The translations under genes and the position numbers were made by a program. Below the pieces are notes generated by a model. The model did not search any database, was not told the DNA's origin, and was given only the letters and a program-made list of their open reading frames with translations. Positions 1 through 9,127 of a stretch of DNA of 12,770 nt are shown one piece after another. Position 1 is the stretch's first letter; every line of letters starts with the position of its first letter. This stretch comes from a virus: UHGV virus genome UHGV-0246522. One strand, given 5' to 3'.

Positions 1-701
1 GGATATTTCATGTCGAACTGGAAGGAGTGCCAGGCAGCTTCTTACTGGAGAATCTCGGTTATACCTTTGGTTTTATTATCGTCATTATGGCCCGCCAGCA
101 ATTATTTACCGAAAACACCGTGACTGCGGTACTACCCGTCATGCAAAAACCGACAATGAGCAACGTCGGCTTACTTATGCGATTATGGGGCGTCGTGCTG
201 CTGGGTAATATTCTCGGGACAGGTATTGCGGCGTGGGCATTTGAATATATGCCTATCTTCAATGAAGAAACTCGCGATGCATTTGTCAAAATCGGCATGG
301 ATGTGATGAAGAACACCCCCAGCGAGATGTTTGCCAACGCGATCATTTCCGGCTGGCTGATCGCCACTATGGTTTGGATGTTTCCTGCAGCGGGTGCGGC
401 AAAGATTGTGGTGATTATATTGATGACCTGGCTTATTGCCCTGGGTGACACCACCCATATCGTGGTCGGTTCTGTTGAAATCCTCTATCTGGTGTTTAAC
501 GGTACGCTGCACTGGAGCGATTTCATCTGGCCCTTCGCACTACCTACTTTAGCGGGGAACATCTGCGGCGGCACCTTTATCTTCGCGTTAATGAGTCATG
601 CACAGATTCGTAACGACATGAGCAATAAGCGTAAAGCAGAAGCACGCCAAAAAGCAGAACGTGCGGAAAACATTAAGAAAAATTATAAAAACCCGGCATA
701 A
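1..701 (+). CDS. yfdC: Inner-membrane formate/nitrite-transporter-family protein (YfdC-like), 5' end cut by the window edge; stop TAA at 699-701
   Basis: Reading frame is open from position 3 with no stop up to 701; the track ORF 27..701 is only the first in-frame GTG. Protein is strongly hydrophobic and multi-TM with an FNT-like LFTEN motif, and sits immediately upstream of tRNA-Arg(CCU), as yfdC does in E. coli K-12 as I recall it. Confidence 0.8.
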   Translation, partial: IFHVELEGVPGSFLLENLGYTFGFIIVIMARQQLFTENTVTAVLPVMQKPTMSNVGLLMRLWGVVLLGNILGTGIAAWAFEYMPIFNEETRDAFVKIGMDVMKNTPSEMFANAIISGWLIATMVWMFPAAGAAKIVVIILMTWLIALGDTTHIVVGSVEILYLVFNGTLHWSDFIWPFALPTLAGNICGGTFIFALMSHAQIRNDMSNKRKAEARQKAERAENIKKNYKNPA

Positions 702-734
702 ATGGCGAGGGTTTAAGCAATCGAGCGGCAGCGT

Positions 735-776
735 ACTTACCCCGCACTCCATTAGCGGGTATACTCATGCCGCATT
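735..776 (+). promoter_or_regulatory. Putative tRNA promoter (-10 TATACT at 759-764, candidate -35 near 735-740, GC-rich discriminator)
   Basis: TATACT hexamer 12 nt upstream of the mature tRNA 5' end, followed by GC-rich catgccgc. Motif reading only. Confidence 0.35.
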
Positions 777-851
777 GTCCTCTTAGTTAAATGGATATAA
801 CGAGCCCCTCCTAAGGGCTAATTGCAGGTTCGATTCCTGCAGGGGACACCA
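777..851 (+). tRNA. argW: tRNA-Arg, anticodon CCU
   Basis: 75-nt sequence folded by hand: acceptor stem GTCCTCT pairs with AGGGGAC (one G-U), anticodon stem AGCCC/GGGCT, loop CTCCTAA with anticodon CCT, T-arm GGTTCGATTCC, discriminator A and CCA end. Confidence 0.95.
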
Positions 852-1012
852 TTTATCAGTTCGCTCCCATCCGTACCAGTCCGCAAAATCCCCTGAATAT
901 CAAGCTTTCCGTAGATTTACAGTTCGTAATGGTTCGCGTCAGATCGTTGACAGCCGCACTCCATGACGGGTAAAAAGTGGATAAAATAATTTTACCCACC
1001 GGATTTTTACCC

Positions 1013-2170
1013 ATGCTCACCGTTAAGCAGATTGAAGCAGCAAAGCCGAAAGAAAAACCATACCGCCTTCTCGATGGTAATGGCCTGTACCTTTATGTCC
1101 CTGTATCCGGGAAAAAGGTATGGCAGCTTCGCTACAAGATTGACGGTAAGGAGAAAATCCTGACCGTCGGAAAATATCCGCTTATGACTTTGCAGGAGGC
1201 AAGGGATAAAGCATGGACCGCGAGGAAAGACATCTCGGTTGGTATCGATCCGGTAAAAGCGAAAAAGACTTCGTCTAACAACAATTCCTTTAGCGCCATT
1301 TACAAGGAATGGTACGAGCACAAGAAGCAAGTCTGGTCAGTAGGCTATGCAAATGAACTTGCAAAAATGTTTGACGACGACATTTTACCTATCATTGGCG
1401 GCCTTGAAATTCAGGATATTGAGCCGATGCAACTGCTGGAAGTAATCCGCAGATTTGAAGATCGCGGTGCAATGGAGCGAGCCAACAAAGCCCGCAGAAG
1501 ATGCGGCGAGGTTTTCCGTTACGCTATTGTCACTGGTAGGGCTAAATATAACCCGGCACCTGACCTTGCTGACGCCATGAAGGGATACCGCAAGAAGAAC
1601 TTCCCGTTTCTTCCAGCAGACCAGATCCCTGCATTCAACAAAGCACTGGCAACATTTTCAGGAAGTATCGTATCGCTCATTGCGACCAAAGTTTTACGCT
1701 ACACAGCCCTAAGAACGAAAGAGCTTCGTTCCATGCTATGGAAGAACGTCGATTTTGAAAACAGGATTATCACCATCGACGCCAGTGTGATGAAGGGACG
1801 CAAAATTCATGTGGTCCCGATGTCGGACCAGGTGGTTGAACTTCTCACTACGCTAAGCTCCATCACTAAACCAGTATCAGAGTTTGTTTTTGCCGGGCGC
1901 AACGATAAGAAAAAGCCAATTTGCGAGAACGCGGTGCTACTTGTGATCAAACAAATCGGCTATGAAGGTCTGGAAAGCGGTCACGGATTCAGGCATGAAT
2001 TCAGCACGATTATGAACGAGCACGAATGGCCTGCTGATGCTATTGAAGTGCAACTGGCACATGCCAACGGCGGATCTGTGCGTGGGATTTACAACCATGC
2101 TCAGTATCTCGATAAGCGCAGAGAAATGATGCAGTGGTGGGCGGACTGGATTGATGAGAGGGTGGCATAG
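1013..2170 (+). CDS. intS: Tyrosine site-specific integrase (IntS-like, argW-specific)
   Basis: 385-aa product from ATG 1013 (MLTVKQIEAAKPKEKPYRLLDGNG...), which I recognise as the CPS-53 IntS-type integrase. Position next to the tRNA and the C-terminal R..HGFRH..Y-type catalytic region support this. The track's upstream GTG at 977 would add 12 aa. Confidence 0.9.
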   Translation: MLTVKQIEAAKPKEKPYRLLDGNGLYLYVPVSGKKVWQLRYKIDGKEKILTVGKYPLMTLQEARDKAWTARKDISVGIDPVKAKKTSSNNNSFSAIYKEWYEHKKQVWSVGYANELAKMFDDDILPIIGGLEIQDIEPMQLLEVIRRFEDRGAMERANKARRRCGEVFRYAIVTGRAKYNPAPDLADAMKGYRKKNFPFLPADQIPAFNKALATFSGSIVSLIATKVLRYTALRTKELRSMLWKNVDFENRIITIDASVMKGRKIHVVPMSDQVVELLTTLSSITKPVSEFVFAGRNDKKKPICENAVLLVIKQIGYEGLESGHGFRHEFSTIMNEHEWPADAIEVQLAHANGGSVRGIYNHAQYLDKRREMMQWWADWIDERVA

Positions 2171-2304
2171 CGCCACCTATAAACCGTGCAATAATCAAAC
2201 TCACATCGCATCGTTGATGATGTATGTTATCACTCCTAATGCAGCAGATGTCTCACAGAGGGCGCCATTCTGCAACCAATCCATTCCCAATTTATCAGAT
2301 TAAC

Positions 2305-4395
2305 CTACATATTCACGCATGATATATGCTCAATAATCACTGTCATCCGCCCGCTTGCAGCGGTGGTTCCAGCGATTTTTTTTACAACTAAATTGTTTTC
2401 AGCAACTGTGACCACGATAGATCCAACGTTTGTTTGTGTTTTTACTCCAGCGACTGATTCTATATAATATGGCAATGATAACCCGAAGAACCAGTATCCT
2501 TCTGTGAATAGCTTTGCTGCATGCTCATCCCTGTTTGAGTTATACATTACAGATATTTTTACTGCCGTTTTTCCATTTGTTGTCTTTATTGGTATTAAAA
2601 GTGTTGTAGATTCATTTTCAGCTACGTCTGCAGTTACTGCATAGATGCGTTGAGATGTATCGGAATTTACGTTAGTTAGCGTATCAAACCCTCTGCAATT
2701 ACTTACTTGACGAAATAAAACATCAAGAAAAGTTGTAACCCCTGGCAATGGGTCAAGATAATACAATGGTGCGATATTTCCATCGCCAAGATTGAGGTTT
2801 TGCACCCGTACTATAGCCTTCACATACGCAGAGGAACCTCTGCTTATTTGAATTACAGCAGTTGGCACCGTTCCTGCCATTCCTGACGACTGAATGTTTC
2901 TGAAGATAACCTCTTTGAAGAGATATACATTAAAATTTGTGTTTCCTGTATTGCTATACAGAAATCCAACATTCTCTATTATGGCATTACATTTTATATT
3001 TTCAGCAATGTAACCATCATATGTATTCGGCGAGTTATTATAAAATGATACCAGACGAGAGATAATATCTGACGGATCTTCGCAGTTGACGTCAATATTT
3101 CGCAAAGAAATACCTCGAAATGTCGGTGCTCCACTGACAAGACCACCTGAAACGATTGACTGTGGGGCTGCTCCGTCAGCATAGAAGCAACTAAGTCCGT
3201 CTAGAGAACCTCCTGCCTGCAAGTCTACTGCTGACTGCCCAGCAGCAACAGCAAAGGCCTGTGTGCGCCGCTCTACAATATTGCTCACCCGAGAGTTCAT
3301 TATCTGTGATTTGACTGATCTCTTCTGGCAGTCTTCAAAATACGAATCACTAATATCAAATACTGCTGATAAATAGTTAGGGGATGATGCATATATCCCA
3401 TCCGCATCCTGATATGGTCCAACTCGGAATACTGAAATATTCCTAACATAGCAATATTCAAAGTTTTGAACCATAAACCCGCGACCAACATTAGAACCAC
3501 CTGAGCTTGAAATATCATAAGCTGAGGAATCTGACAGCCTAATCTCTTTCCATCTAAACAATGAGCCTGCCGTAATATATGCAGCAGTTGATAATCCTGT
3601 GTCAATTGCTTCCCTAGCGTTTCTTCCAGAATAGCCTGAAATAGATATTTTTGCGTTGTTATCGGATGAAAGCGCATAGAGTAGCTTTGCAGCATTGTTC
3701 TTGCCGTCAATGGCAATATCCTCTATGGAAAGAACGGATGAGCACGTTATTTTTAAAACAAATGGACTTACTGCTCCAGTATAGATAATAGTTCCATTTC
3801 TTATTGTTGTTTTTTTGTTGAAAACAACACTAATCATCTCGCTTGTTTTAATTGTCATTCCAGACAGGTCGATAACATACCCATCATATCTATTTAGCAA
3901 ATAGATTAATTTTTCTCCTTCATCTGTCCCATCACCAGTTATTCCTGCCGATGATGGCGTAACATAATATATAGCACTTTGAACTGTTCCACCCTGCTGA
4001 AGGGGGATCATATCCGCACCTTTTCCTTTTCCTGTGGATGTAATTTCCTTCCTTAACTGATCAGGGTCGTATTTCAGCACATTAGGGAAATAAAACTGCT
4101 GCGCACCATATGCATCATAAATAGCCATAGAGTGGCCTTGCACAGTTACGAACTTGGCAATCTGTCCGTTATATACAGGATAACCAGCGGCGTTAATGAT
4201 GATTGGCTGCGAAACAGGAACGTGAGAACCATCCTCATTCTCCACATAAACCTGAATCTGGTTTTCAGGATTTACCGGGTCAGTGTCAATTTTTCCTATA
4301 TAAATTTTGCCATTGGCTACGGCTTTAAAAGAACGAGCCATAGTGAAGAGTTGCGAAGGCATCGATACGATCACATTGGCTGTAATGTCTGTCAT
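2305..4395 (-). CDS. P22-like tailspike protein: conserved N-terminal head-binding domain, divergent receptor-binding domain
   Basis: N-terminus [58 protein letters not shown]...[13 protein letters not shown]...NVLKYDPDQ matches the head-binding domain of P22 gp9, Sf6 and HK620 tailspikes as I recall them. The remaining ~580 aa are Gly/Ser/Asn-rich, consistent with a beta-helix. GGAG lies 9 nt upstream of the ATG. Confidence 0.85.
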   Translation of the reverse strand: MTDITANVIVSMPSQLFTMARSFKAVANGKIYIGKIDTDPVNPENQIQVYVENEDGSHVPVSQPIIINAAGYPVYNGQIAKFVTVQGHSMAIYDAYGAQQFYFPNVLKYDPDQLRKEITSTGKGKGADMIPLQQGGTVQSAIYYVTPSSAGITGDGTDEGEKLIYLLNRYDGYVIDLSGMTIKTSEMISVVFNKKTTIRNGTIIYTGAVSPFVLKITCSSVLSIEDIAIDGKNNAAKLLYALSSDNNAKISISGYSGRNAREAIDTGLSTAAYITAGSLFRWKEIRLSDSSAYDISSSGGSNVGRGFMVQNFEYCYVRNISVFRVGPYQDADGIYASSPNYLSAVFDISDSYFEDCQKRSVKSQIMNSRVSNIVERRTQAFAVAAGQSAVDLQAGGSLDGLSCFYADGAAPQSIVSGGLVSGAPTFRGISLRNIDVNCEDPSDIISRLVSFYNNSPNTYDGYIAENIKCNAIIENVGFLYSNTGNTNFNVYLFKEVIFRNIQSSGMAGTVPTAVIQISRGSSAYVKAIVRVQNLNLGDGNIAPLYYLDPLPGVTTFLDVLFRQVSNCRGFDTLTNVNSDTSQRIYAVTADVAENESTTLLIPIKTTNGKTAVKISVMYNSNRDEHAAKLFTEGYWFFGLSLPYYIESVAGVKTQTNVGSIVVTVAENNLVVKKIAGTTAASGRMTVIIEHISCVNM

Positions 4396-4451
4396 TTAAT
4401 TTGCTCCAGATACAAGGAATCGCCGCAGCATGGCTACGGTGAATTTTGGGC

Positions 4452-4478
4452 ATAAAAAAACCCAGCCGAAGCTGGGTC
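4452..4478 (-). terminator. Rho-independent terminator between ant and the tailspike gene
   Basis: On the minus strand: stem CCCAGC, loop UUCG, stem GCUGGG, then a run of seven U (plus-strand A-run 4454-4460). Confidence 0.6.
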
Positions 4479-4495
4479 GTTGCGTTGGTTATCTG

Positions 4496-5398
4496 TCAGT
4501 AGTTATGTACTGAAGGAGGTAATTCTTTATTCTTAAGTCTCATCCATGCGGAAAGATTCGTTGGTCCGTCTGGCTCATTAATATCAACATCTCGTGTGTG
4601 GTTTATTAAAACGTCTCTCGCCATTCCGATAACATACGAGAACTCATGACCGTAGTCGTAGCATCTGCCGGAATAGTTCGATTGAATTTGTTTTAGCGCC
4701 GGATACAGTTCGCGGAATAATGCCTGTGAGCGGTTGGCATAATCCCATAACCATACAAGGCTGTTTGCTTCTTTTGCAGAAAGCTCGTTGGTTTTCTTCT
4801 CTTGTTTGCCGATGAACTCGCCTTCAAGCACTACCCTGTGGATGTACTCTACTGCTTGCGGTATCTGAGATGAATCAAGCTCTTCAATACTTTCCACGTT
4901 GAAACGCTGATGAATCATTGCATAAGCTTCTGGGTACATTAGATGCTTTTTGCTGACTAGCATATTTACAGCATCACGAAGCGGAGTCCTGTCATCAACA
5001 GATGTTTTCTTACGTGCATTTTCTGCCTTTCCCTTCGTCCAGTAGTCATGCAGCACAGTAAAGCATTCTTCCTGGTACTGAATCAGTTTATCGCGGATGT
5101 CAGCACGAACTTTCTCAGGGTTGATGCTGAACAGCCATCCATTTAACTTCTTCAAAGGAAGGCAGAGTAGCTTACGAAGCTTACCATCAGCGGCAACCAT
5201 GTTCATATGAACATGGTTGAATTTGCTAATCTGCTTCATGAGTTTTGTTTGCTGCGTTGACCAGCTCATTCCAAGGTTTTCAACGATTGGCTTCATCGCA
5301 ACATATGCAACTCCGGCAGTCATGGCGGTGATAATCTGCTGACCATTGAAAGGTACGTAAGAGGTGTTCACTGCTTCTAAAATTGCTATACTATTCAT
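4496..5398 (-). CDS. ant: Antirepressor Ant (P22 immI-type)
   Basis: 300-aa product from the ATG at 5398 with GGAG 9 nt upstream; lies directly downstream of arc and upstream of the tailspike gene, as in P22 immI. The track ORF starts 22 codons further upstream with no support. Confidence 0.85.
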   Translation of the reverse strand: MNSIAILEAVNTSYVPFNGQQIITAMTAGVAYVAMKPIVENLGMSWSTQQTKLMKQISKFNHVHMNMVAADGKLRKLLCLPLKKLNGWLFSINPEKVRADIRDKLIQYQEECFTVLHDYWTKGKAENARKKTSVDDRTPLRDAVNMLVSKKHLMYPEAYAMIHQRFNVESIEELDSSQIPQAVEYIHRVVLEGEFIGKQEKKTNELSAKEANSLVWLWDYANRSQALFRELYPALKQIQSNYSGRCYDYGHEFSYVIGMARDVLINHTRDVDINEPDGPTNLSAWMRLKNKELPPSVHNY

Positions 5399-5399
5399 G

Positions 5400-5468
5400 T
5401 TGGTTTTTCTCCACGAATTTACTGACAACAGAAGCCCTGACTGTTCCCGCAGTTGGGGCTTCAACTTT
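5400..5468 (+). ncRNA. sar: sar-like small antisense RNA covering the ant ribosome-binding site and the arc-ant intercistronic region
   Basis: Plus-strand promoter inside the ant 5' end (-35 TGTTCA 5365-5370, 16-bp spacer, -10 TATACT 5387-5392). The predicted ~69-nt transcript is antisense to the ant SD and start and ends after a hairpin (GAAGCCC 5431-5437 pairing with GGGCTTC 5456-5462). This matches what is known of P22 sar. Confidence 0.4.
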
Positions 5469-5628
5469 ACGCGCCAATACGCCCTTCCTTCTTAAAGCTG
5501 TCCATTACTCTCTGATAAATCTCAGAGTTAACAGACCGACCATTCTCTTCCGCCACCTTGCGTACCAAATCCAATACTTCTTTAGGCCACCGCAAATTGA
5601 ACTGCGGCATTTTGCTCATTCCTTTCAT
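5467..5628 (-). CDS. arc: Arc repressor (ribbon-helix-helix)
   Basis: 53-aa product [53 protein letters not shown], nearly identical to P22 Arc as I recall it. The track ORF start at 5691 falls inside the arc operator and is rejected. Confidence 0.9.
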   Translation of the reverse strand: MKGMSKMPQFNLRWPKEVLDLVRKVAEENGRSVNSEIYQRVMDSFKKEGRIGA

Positions 5629-5718
5629 GTTCACCTCACAATATAGGTCCACGGTGGACCTATTGAGAATATAGTAGAGTGCTTCTATCATGTCAATACA
5701 CTAACTTGGAGTGATGGC
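5629..5718. promoter_or_regulatory. immI control region: mnt operator, arc operator, divergent Pant (minus) and Pmnt (plus) promoters
   Basis: Perfect 21-bp palindrome ATAGGTCCACGGTGGACCTAT at 5643-5663 (P22 mnt operator type) and ATAGTAGAGTGCTTCTATCAT at 5671-5691 (reverse complement of the P22 arc operator as I recall it), lying between divergent arc and mnt. Confidence 0.75.
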
Positions 5719-5973
5719 ATGGCTAGAGATGATCCGCACTTTAACTTCCGCATGCCTTTGGAAGTAAGAGAAAAATTAAAATACAGAGCAGAGTCAAATG
5801 GTAGATCAATGAACTCAGAATTGTTGCAAATCGTCCAAGATGCTCTATCGAGACCATCTCCTGTAAAAGGTTATCGCAATGAAGCTGAACGATTAGCCGA
5901 GATGCAGGCTGAACAGTTCAAGTCTGTGGTATTTGAGACACTTAAAAACATGTATGGCAAGGATGCAAAATGA
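5719..5973 (+). CDS. mnt: Mnt repressor (maintenance of lysogeny, Arc/MetJ family)
   Basis: 84-aa product MARDDPHFNFRMPLEVREKLKYRAESNGRSMNSELLQIVQDAL..., clearly homologous to P22 Mnt; divergent from arc-ant. Confidence 0.9.
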   Translation: MARDDPHFNFRMPLEVREKLKYRAESNGRSMNSELLQIVQDALSRPSPVKGYRNEAERLAEMQAEQFKSVVFETLKNMYGKDAK

Positions 5974-6551
5974 TCGATTACAACCCAGCAAAAAAAGAAA
6001 TCATCGCAGCTAAAAAGTGCCTAGAGCAGATGAAATCATCTACAAACCATGATGATTTTGAAATGCACTGGCGAGAATGTCTTGGGCATATAGAAAAGTC
6101 TTTCAGTAAGTTGCTCTGTGCAACAAAGCCGGTTAGTGGAAAATTTAGCAGCCACTTCAACCAAAAGTTCATGCTTAGAAAAACAGACAAAACACTTGCT
6201 TACCTTCACCAAGCAAGAAATGCTGATCATCATTCCACTATGGAAATCTCAAAACTTGAACCTCCTTATACTACTCTTGGGGCATTTCCGGGAGCAAGAA
6301 GCCATTATATTAAAGAGTTAATCATTGATTCAACAGGGAAAATAGCAAAATACGAAGGCGACCCTATGATAGTTGAGTTTCATCCAGCAACAACTATGCC
6401 TATAACCGTAAGAAACCAAGGCAAAGATTATCCACCTCCAACAGAACATCTTGGCGAAAAGCTTGTTGATATACATCCATCTGTTCTTGCCTATCTCGGT
6501 ATACAATTTTATGAAAAATGGATAGATGAGTCGTGTGCAACGTTTAGATAG
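5970..6551 (+). CDS. Hypothetical protein, translationally coupled to mnt (candidate accessory gene)
   Basis: 193-aa ORF whose ATG overlaps the mnt stop in an ATGA arrangement (5970-5973), with an AAGGA SD 8 nt upstream inside mnt. No family recognised by eye. Confidence 0.6.
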   Translation: MIDYNPAKKEIIAAKKCLEQMKSSTNHDDFEMHWRECLGHIEKSFSKLLCATKPVSGKFSSHFNQKFMLRKTDKTLAYLHQARNADHHSTMEISKLEPPYTTLGAFPGARSHYIKELIIDSTGKIAKYEGDPMIVEFHPATTMPITVRNQGKDYPPPTEHLGEKLVDIHPSVLAYLGIQFYEKWIDESCATFR

Positions 6552-6768
6552 TTATTTTTGATAATTTCAAGTATTTCCTCTTGACTTTGATTTACCCAAA
6601 CGTGATCACACTCATGAAACCAGATTATGCTTCCTGTTTCGCCTTGTGCAATATAGGTGATCATGTTTTCATTAACAATTATTACTGAGTTATCATGTGC
6701 GCAATTTAGTTTTATCAATTCGCATATCCTATCGTGACAAAGTAACTAGAAAAACTAAAGAGGTTGGT

Positions 6769-7263
6769 GTGTCTGATTCTATGAGTTACGCTGTGCTAGT
6801 TGCCGCAACTCTATTTATGGGGATAGGGTTGCAGATTGCGTGGTTCTTTTTTTCTAGTTTTATTAAACGCAAAAGAATTGAATCAAGGATATCTGAGATT
6901 TCTATTGCTATAGGGAAAAATGCTGAAAATCCAGAGAATGAGACCTGCGCACTGAATTACCTTAAAGAAAAGTTTTCCCCTGAAAAATTTGAAAATAGAA
7001 TTACTGATGCTCTTGGATTGGTAATATCAGTAATTCATATGCCACTAAGTTTGCTGATAACAGTGTGGTACTTCGCCATGATCGCCGGAAGAATATTTGG
7101 TTTCATGAATATAGAGCCTGTAGTTCTTTGGGTTCCAATGATACTGCAACTGTTGTTAAGCGTTGCTATCTTTATTTTTTCTGTTTTTATAAAAATTGTC
7201 TTTGGAAGATACCCCGGAGAAGCTAAGGGATTTAATAAAGAATTCATAAAAACTATAAAATAA
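6769..7263 (+). CDS. Small inner-membrane protein with three predicted TM helices, in the position P22 uses for sieA (putative superinfection exclusion protein)
   Basis: GTG at 6769 is 5 nt after AAGAGG; an alternative ATG lies at 6781. Three hydrophobic segments ([82 protein letters not shown]). Located between mnt and the gp16-like gene. The 6697 start in the track has no RBS. Confidence 0.55.
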   Translation: MSDSMSYAVLVAATLFMGIGLQIAWFFFSSFIKRKRIESRISEISIAIGKNAENPENETCALNYLKEKFSPEKFENRITDALGLVISVIHMPLSLLITVWYFAMIAGRIFGFMNIEPVVLWVPMILQLLLSVAIFIFSVFIKIVFGRYPGEAKGFNKEFIKTIK

Positions 7264-7285
7264 ATGCCGTCCTTGGCTTACAGTG

Positions 7286-9127
7286 CTACTGCCGGGTCGC
7301 TTCGTTAGCTAAGAGCGGGCGCACGGCAGTAGCAGCCTGATTTAGCGCTCTTTCATAAGCTGGCGTTCCAGCTTTAGTGTTTGCCAGACGTAAGAGCGCA
7401 TTCCTTGCTGCTTTGGACTCATACAAACGCATCATTGCACCAAAACCAGCCTCAATCCCCATTGATACTCCAAGAGTCGCAGTTGCGCCAATCGTCCTTA
7501 TCCTGTTGGCTTGTGATTGTCCCGTCTGAGTTACTACATTTGCGGTGTCTGACCTTGTTGTTTGCTGTAGAACTTCATGAAGAGCATCGAGCTCTTTCAT
7601 GTGCTTTCCAGAAAAAATAGTGTTGTAAATTTCACCGCCTGACTGAGATTTAAGCTTATTAACTTCAGTGATGAACTTGGCTGGAGAGTCACCGGCCTTT
7701 TCCGCTATTTTGCTGACGTAAGCTGCACGCATAGCATCTTTCCCTTTATCATCCAATGCGCTCCAGATTCGTTTCACGTCAGATGGTTTTCTGCTTAATA
7801 CAACGGTATTTATAAGTTCAGGACTGGCTTCACTGCTTGCCTTGTTGAGCTTGTTGGCAATGTTTTTATTAAGCACCTTATTATAAACGTTTGCATAATC
7901 GGAATTTGCTTTAAGGTATTTTGCTGCGTCTGATGCACCGAGGTTTTTAGCAACTGCGTTACGAAGGTCTTTTGACATTGCATTCTCTACCATATTGGTA
8001 GCTGCTTTTGCCTGGTTGGGGAAGACCATAGCATCTCCCTGAACATTAGATCTAAATGCAGTTCTGTGCTGACGCAAGAGATCAAACGTAACATCCAAAT
8101 CAGTTGCAGGGTTTGCTAATTCTTCGCGTAGGTTACGCAAGGATGTAAGCAGGCTTTGATTGGCAGACGTCCCAAGCCGTTCCTGTCTTGCGATCGCTGT
8201 ATTCAGAGCATTCATAGTGTTTGTGGTATCAACTGCGGCATTCCCCATTTTATTGGTGACGTCATTGATAACAGCGCCAGCGGCATCCTTCCGTCCCCTT
8301 AACGTGGTGGTCAGAGATTTCACCACATCATCCGGGTTGTACTCACCAAAACGGTCAAAATAATTACTTACCAACTTACTACGCGTTGCATATTGCTCCG
8401 CTCGCTTTGAGCCTGTCCCGAGCAAAGCCCCCTCGGCATCCTGAGTAAGGCCGCGAGTGAAAGCATTTTTCGGCGGGATAACATCAGATGTCATTGGTGT
8501 CACGCCCATCGATTCTGATGTGGCAATTTTCTTCGCCACTTCTGGCGCAATATCACCTTTTATAGCCGTTATTCCACGCCCTATTCCCTTTGCTGCTGCG
8601 GAAAGAACCCCCTGAGCGGCAAGGTTAACTCCGGCATTTTTAGCTGCATTTTGTGCGAAATCGCCTTTCTGATTTGCGGCCTCTGCCAGTGATCCAATAG
8701 CCATGCTTCCTGCCGTTCCAACTCCTGGAACTAAATACCCACCAATTGTTTCACCGGCTTGTGCGTATGGGTCTGTCGGTCTGTCTACTGGACGATAAAC
8801 ATCATCCAAAACCTTGGGTCCACCAAGCCCCTGACTGATTGCATTAATCAGACTTGCGCCGCCCTGCAATACGTCAAATGGTATGTTTACCAGACCACGA
8901 CCAGCCTGCTCTGCAATTTGCCCTGCACTTTGACCACCTGTGAGCCAATCGCCAGCTTGTTGCATCAATGATGGTTCTTCACGTGCTGGTTCATTATTGG
9001 CCTGATTAACTGTTTGTTGCTGAACAGCCTGACCAGCAAAATACTCATCAATGGCGGTGCCAATATCTTCCGTGCTCGTACCATCAGGGAAGGTAAATGT
9101 CTTACCGTTTGCAGTTACTTTCATCAT
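7286..9127 (-). CDS. Ejection (DNA transfer) protein, P22 gp16-like
   Basis: 613-aa product starting [33 protein letters not shown], Ala/Gly/Asn-rich, in the gp16 position after the gp20-like gene and before the sieA-like slot; its start overlaps the upstream stop (ATGA at 9124-9127). Confidence 0.8.
   Translation of the reverse strand: MMKVTANGKTFTFPDGTSTEDIGTAIDEYFAGQAVQQQTVNQANNEPAREEPSLMQQAGDWLTGGQSAGQIAEQAGRGLVNIPFDVLQGGASLINAISQGLGGPKVLDDVYRPVDRPTDPYAQAGETIGGYLVPGVGTAGSMAIGSLAEAANQKGDFAQNAAKNAGVNLAAQGVLSAAAKGIGRGITAIKGDIAPEVAKKIATSESMGVTPMTSDVIPPKNAFTRGLTQDAEGALLGTGSKRAEQYATRSKLVSNYFDRFGEYNPDDVVKSLTTTLRGRKDAAGAVINDVTNKMGNAAVDTTNTMNALNTAIARQERLGTSANQSLLTSLRNLREELANPATDLDVTFDLLRQHRTAFRSNVQGDAMVFPNQAKAATNMVENAMSKDLRNAVAKNLGASDAAKYLKANSDYANVYNKVLNKNIANKLNKASSEASPELINTVVLSRKPSDVKRIWSALDDKGKDAMRAAYVSKIAEKAGDSPAKFITEVNKLKSQSGGEIYNTIFSGKHMKELDALHEVLQQTTRSDTANVVTQTGQSQANRIRTIGATATLGVSMGIEAGFGAMMRLYESKAARNALLRLANTKAGTPAYERALNQAATAVRPLLANEATRQ

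Noticed and set aside
59-512. Minus-strand ORFs (131 aa and 109 aa) overlapping the yfdC coding region
   Set aside because: They lie antisense within a well-supported membrane transporter gene, have no RBS and no recognisable protein features.
977-1012. Upstream GTG start for the integrase given in the ORF track
   Set aside because: The ATG at 1013 gives the 385-aa IntS-type product I recall; the 12-codon extension has no support, though it cannot be excluded.
1007-2176. Two minus-strand ORFs (107 aa, 79 aa) inside the integrase gene
   Set aside because: Antisense overlaps of a conserved gene; no independent signals.
2994-4455. Short ORFs on either strand within the tailspike gene (62 aa, 138 aa, 107 aa)
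   Set aside because: Alternative-frame or antisense open frames inside a long, clearly coding gene.
5383-5691. Plus-strand 87-aa ORF across the ant start and arc, and N-terminal extensions of arc (to 5691) and ant (to 5464) in the track
   Set aside because: The arc and ant products match P22 only from the internal ATGs, which have proper RBSs; the plus-strand frame is better explained by the sar antisense RNA than by a protein.
5978-6321. Three short ORFs inside the 193-aa mnt-coupled gene
   Set aside because: Overlapping alternative frames without start signals; the long ORF with translational coupling to mnt is the better model.
6697-6768. Track start at 6697 for the membrane protein
   Set aside because: No RBS, and the extension would place a charged, non-signal-like peptide ahead of the first TM helix; GTG 6769 or ATG 6781 are better supported.
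7035-8971. Short ORFs within or antisense to the membrane protein and gp16-like genes
   Set aside because: Overlap well-supported longer genes; no independent evidence.
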